Under the pieces are notes generated by a model. That model was not told the DNA's origin, searched no databases, and saw only the letters and a list, made by a program, of their open reading frames with translations. The position numbers and the translations under genes were made by a program. Positions 61,629 to 64,000 of a DNA stretch of 64,000 nt are shown piece after piece (position 1 is the first letter of the stretch; each line of letters begins with the position of its first letter). The stretch comes from Basidiobolus meristosporus CBS 931.73 (lineage: Eukaryota > Fungi > Basidiobolomycota): contig MCFE01000090.1 of assembly GCA_002104905.1 (NCBI GenBank), forward strand, positions 1 to 64,000. Reading direction: 5' to 3'.

Positions 61629-64000
61629 TATTTGGTGCTGTCTCTGCAGAAGATAAGCACAAGTGTGGTAATGACTACTACAATCAAGCTAAAAACATAC
61701 AAGGGAAAGTGAGAGAAAGCCCTTGAGAGGTTTGCTAAGTTTGAGAGAATTGTGGTTGATGCAGGATGGGACAACAATAAGAAAGTAAGGGAGTTTGCAA
61801 GACATATGGAAGGGCCAGCATGGCAATGGCATTATGGGTTGGAAGACACAGTTAAAGAAAACTGGGATGCACTAGAAGAAGCCTACAAGACATGCTTTCT
61901 ATATGCTAAAGGATACCACTACAAAGCCCTTCTACCATCCTCACGGAAGTAAAGCAGTGAGAGCTATGAAGCCTAGACTGAACTGTTTCTCCAACACGTC
62001 TGATGTCTCCCAAAGGACAAAATTGCCAAACAACAGCTCATGAGGTGTTACATCATGGGCTTACACAATGAAGTAAGATGTAAGGCATCCAAAGAACAAT
62101 GGGGATGTAAAATGTTGCAAGAGTTGGTCAAACAGTTACAAGGGGTCATCTTGCTATGGAGGCTACCCTATAGTGATACAAGTGATTGAAGGACAGGGAT
62201 CCCCTGTAAGAAAGGAAAAATTGCCTCCCCAAAAGACCATGAGTTAGAGGAATTATGGCAAAAGGTCCAGGAACTCTTGATCATCAATATCCAAGAAGTC
62301 CCTAAAGAAGATGATAAACTCTAGGAAGCTGTTGTAGATCTAAAAGCCCAGGTGCAAGCCGTGACCCTACAGATGGAACAACTGCAACAACAGTATCTGT
62401 GTTATATATGTGGAGAAGTAGGCCACTGGGCCCACAAATTTGAAAAACAGTATTGAGAAGAACCCATACCAGACACAAAAGAGAAGAAGGCATCAAGATA
62501 CAGAATCCCTTGCCAGGAGGCTAACAGGACTCAGTCAATCTAAGCCCTCTGGTCAGAACAGTTGAAGTGCAGAAGAAGAAGCATGAACACCATGCTTCTA
62601 GAGAGCAGGCAAAGGAACCTGCAGTAGAGGTTCTGTCAAAAGGAAAGAATGTTGAATTGGGTGAAGAAGTTTGGAATGAGCCTTGGGAAGAAGTGTTGCA
62701 GCAAACAATGAATGCTAGTACATCTTCCCATGGCCTATTCCCCATAATGAAGGTATTAGAGCAAGCCAAGGCAACCCTCCCAATAACCAATTTACTGGGA
62801 CTTGCCCCAGCTCTACTCAAGGAGCTGATAGAGGGATTGAAGGGGATAACAACCCTTCACGTCCACCAGACGGTCCTACAAAAACCAAATAAGGGTACAT
62901 ATGTAAAGGTACATATAGAGAATAAGGAAATTCTTGCCCTAATTGCCACAGGATCCTCTATACTGATCATGTCAGAGTCATTAGCAAACGTCTAAAGTTA
63001 GATATAGTCCCCAACAACACCATTCAAGTACAGCTAGCAAATGACCAACTGGACACAACAGTAGGAGTGGTGCCTAATTGACCCATCCAGCTAGGCAACT
63101 TGATTATACACCAAGATGTTGTGGTCCTACCTGTTACAGCCAACAACTTACTCATTGGCAAGAGCAATTTATCCAACATGAGATGGACATACTCTACAGT
63201 GCATCTGAACTTAGGTGGGACACCAAGAGTATCCCACTGATTCATATCACCAGTAAGAGCAAGGTGCATAGCAACAGTGTGACAATTGAAGAGGTGAAGC
63301 TGTTGCAGTCTCCAATCATCACACAAAAGGTGAGAAAAATACCACTAGCCAGCAAGATGGTGATCTCATTAAAGTTGCCAATAGCTTATTTGACAAGTGG
63401 AAGAATGATAACTGCAACAAATATATCCAAGTAACTGGAAGGAATCTTGATCTCTAAAGTATGGATACCACCAAAATTTGAAGCATAAAGTCTGAAGTGC
63501 TTAGTGGTTGACAACAGGCAACACACAGTGACACTGTCTAGAGGAGTGTCATTGCTAAACCTAGAGGAAGTCAACAGAAACAACCAAGGACTGTCTACAA
63601 ACAAGGAACCAGAAGAGGAACTCCCCAAACTAGATGTGGACCCCGGTCTACCACTTACTTTGGGAGACAAGTTCCTAGAACACTTGCCTGAGTATTCTCT
63701 AAGAACCAAGTAATTGGCCATATACCTGGAGTATATCACCAAATCCACCTAGCTAACAAATACCATATCTAGCAAAAAGCCTATAGGAACTCAAAAATTG
63801 ACACAGATTATATCAAAGTGACAATTGAGACTTTATTAAAGGATGGCATCATTACCGAAAGCCATTCTCCATGGGCCTCCCCTGTAGTGATTGTCCCAAA
63901 GAAAGACGGAAAGCAATGTTTTTGCATTGACTACCAAAAACTAAACTATGTTGCCCAGAAGGATGTGTATTCACTACCGCAAATAGACAACCCCTTGGAC
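61255..64000 (+). mobile_element. Degenerate Ty3/gypsy retrotransposon (gag, zinc knuckle, protease, start of RT); runs off the window end
   Basis: gag EGPAWQWH; CYICGEVGHWAHK at 62400; LALIATGSS (DTG degenerate); RT SPWASPVVIVPKKDGKQCFCIDYQKLN...YSLPQID. Confidence 0.9.

Larger units (their letters stand above)
46500..64000. other. CpG-depleted transposon-derived (putatively heterochromatic) domain
   Basis: About 27 CG dinucleotides counted by eye in 46.8-64 kb, versus several per 60-bp line in coding regions; abundant TG/CA; only fragmented TE ORFs. Confidence 0.9.

Overview
Eukaryotic (fungal) genomic DNA, most consistent with an early-diverging fungus (Zoopagomycota/Mucoromycota type; inferred from a class IV chitin synthase, SCS7, short CTAAC-branch introns, and animal-like HPRT and LAMTOR1; species cannot be determined here). 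There are three zones. (1) 0.5-8.9 kb, accessory region: four intronless, signal-peptide-bearing CHAP (Cys/His amidohydrolase-peptidase) genes of two subtypes that look like bacterial peptidoglycan hydrolases, followed by a 7TM GPCR-like gene; three CHAP copies and the 7TM gene carry 1-bp frameshifts. (2) 9-46 kb, dense intron-rich housekeeping block: VPS39, Aurora kinase, two SAM synthetases forming a 1312-bp near-perfect inverted repeat, CASP/COY1, a Cdc11-type septin, an aldo-keto reductase, SCS7, a large WD40 protein with PALB2-like features, TRM112, LAMTOR1, peroxiredoxin, chitin synthase, HPRT, an HSL-like lipase and the PP2A catalytic subunit. (3) about 46.5-64 kb, nested transposon graveyard (CACTA/EnSpm, copia, gypsy plus LTRs) that is almost devoid of CpG and contains a short insertion flanked by TTAGGG repeats. 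No rRNA, tRNA or CRISPR was recognised. All family assignments are by eye from motifs; no searches were run. Best candidates for novelty: the secreted CHAP cluster (possible horizontally acquired antibacterial system), the PALB2-like protein, the SAM synthetase palindrome and the sharp CpG-erased domain.
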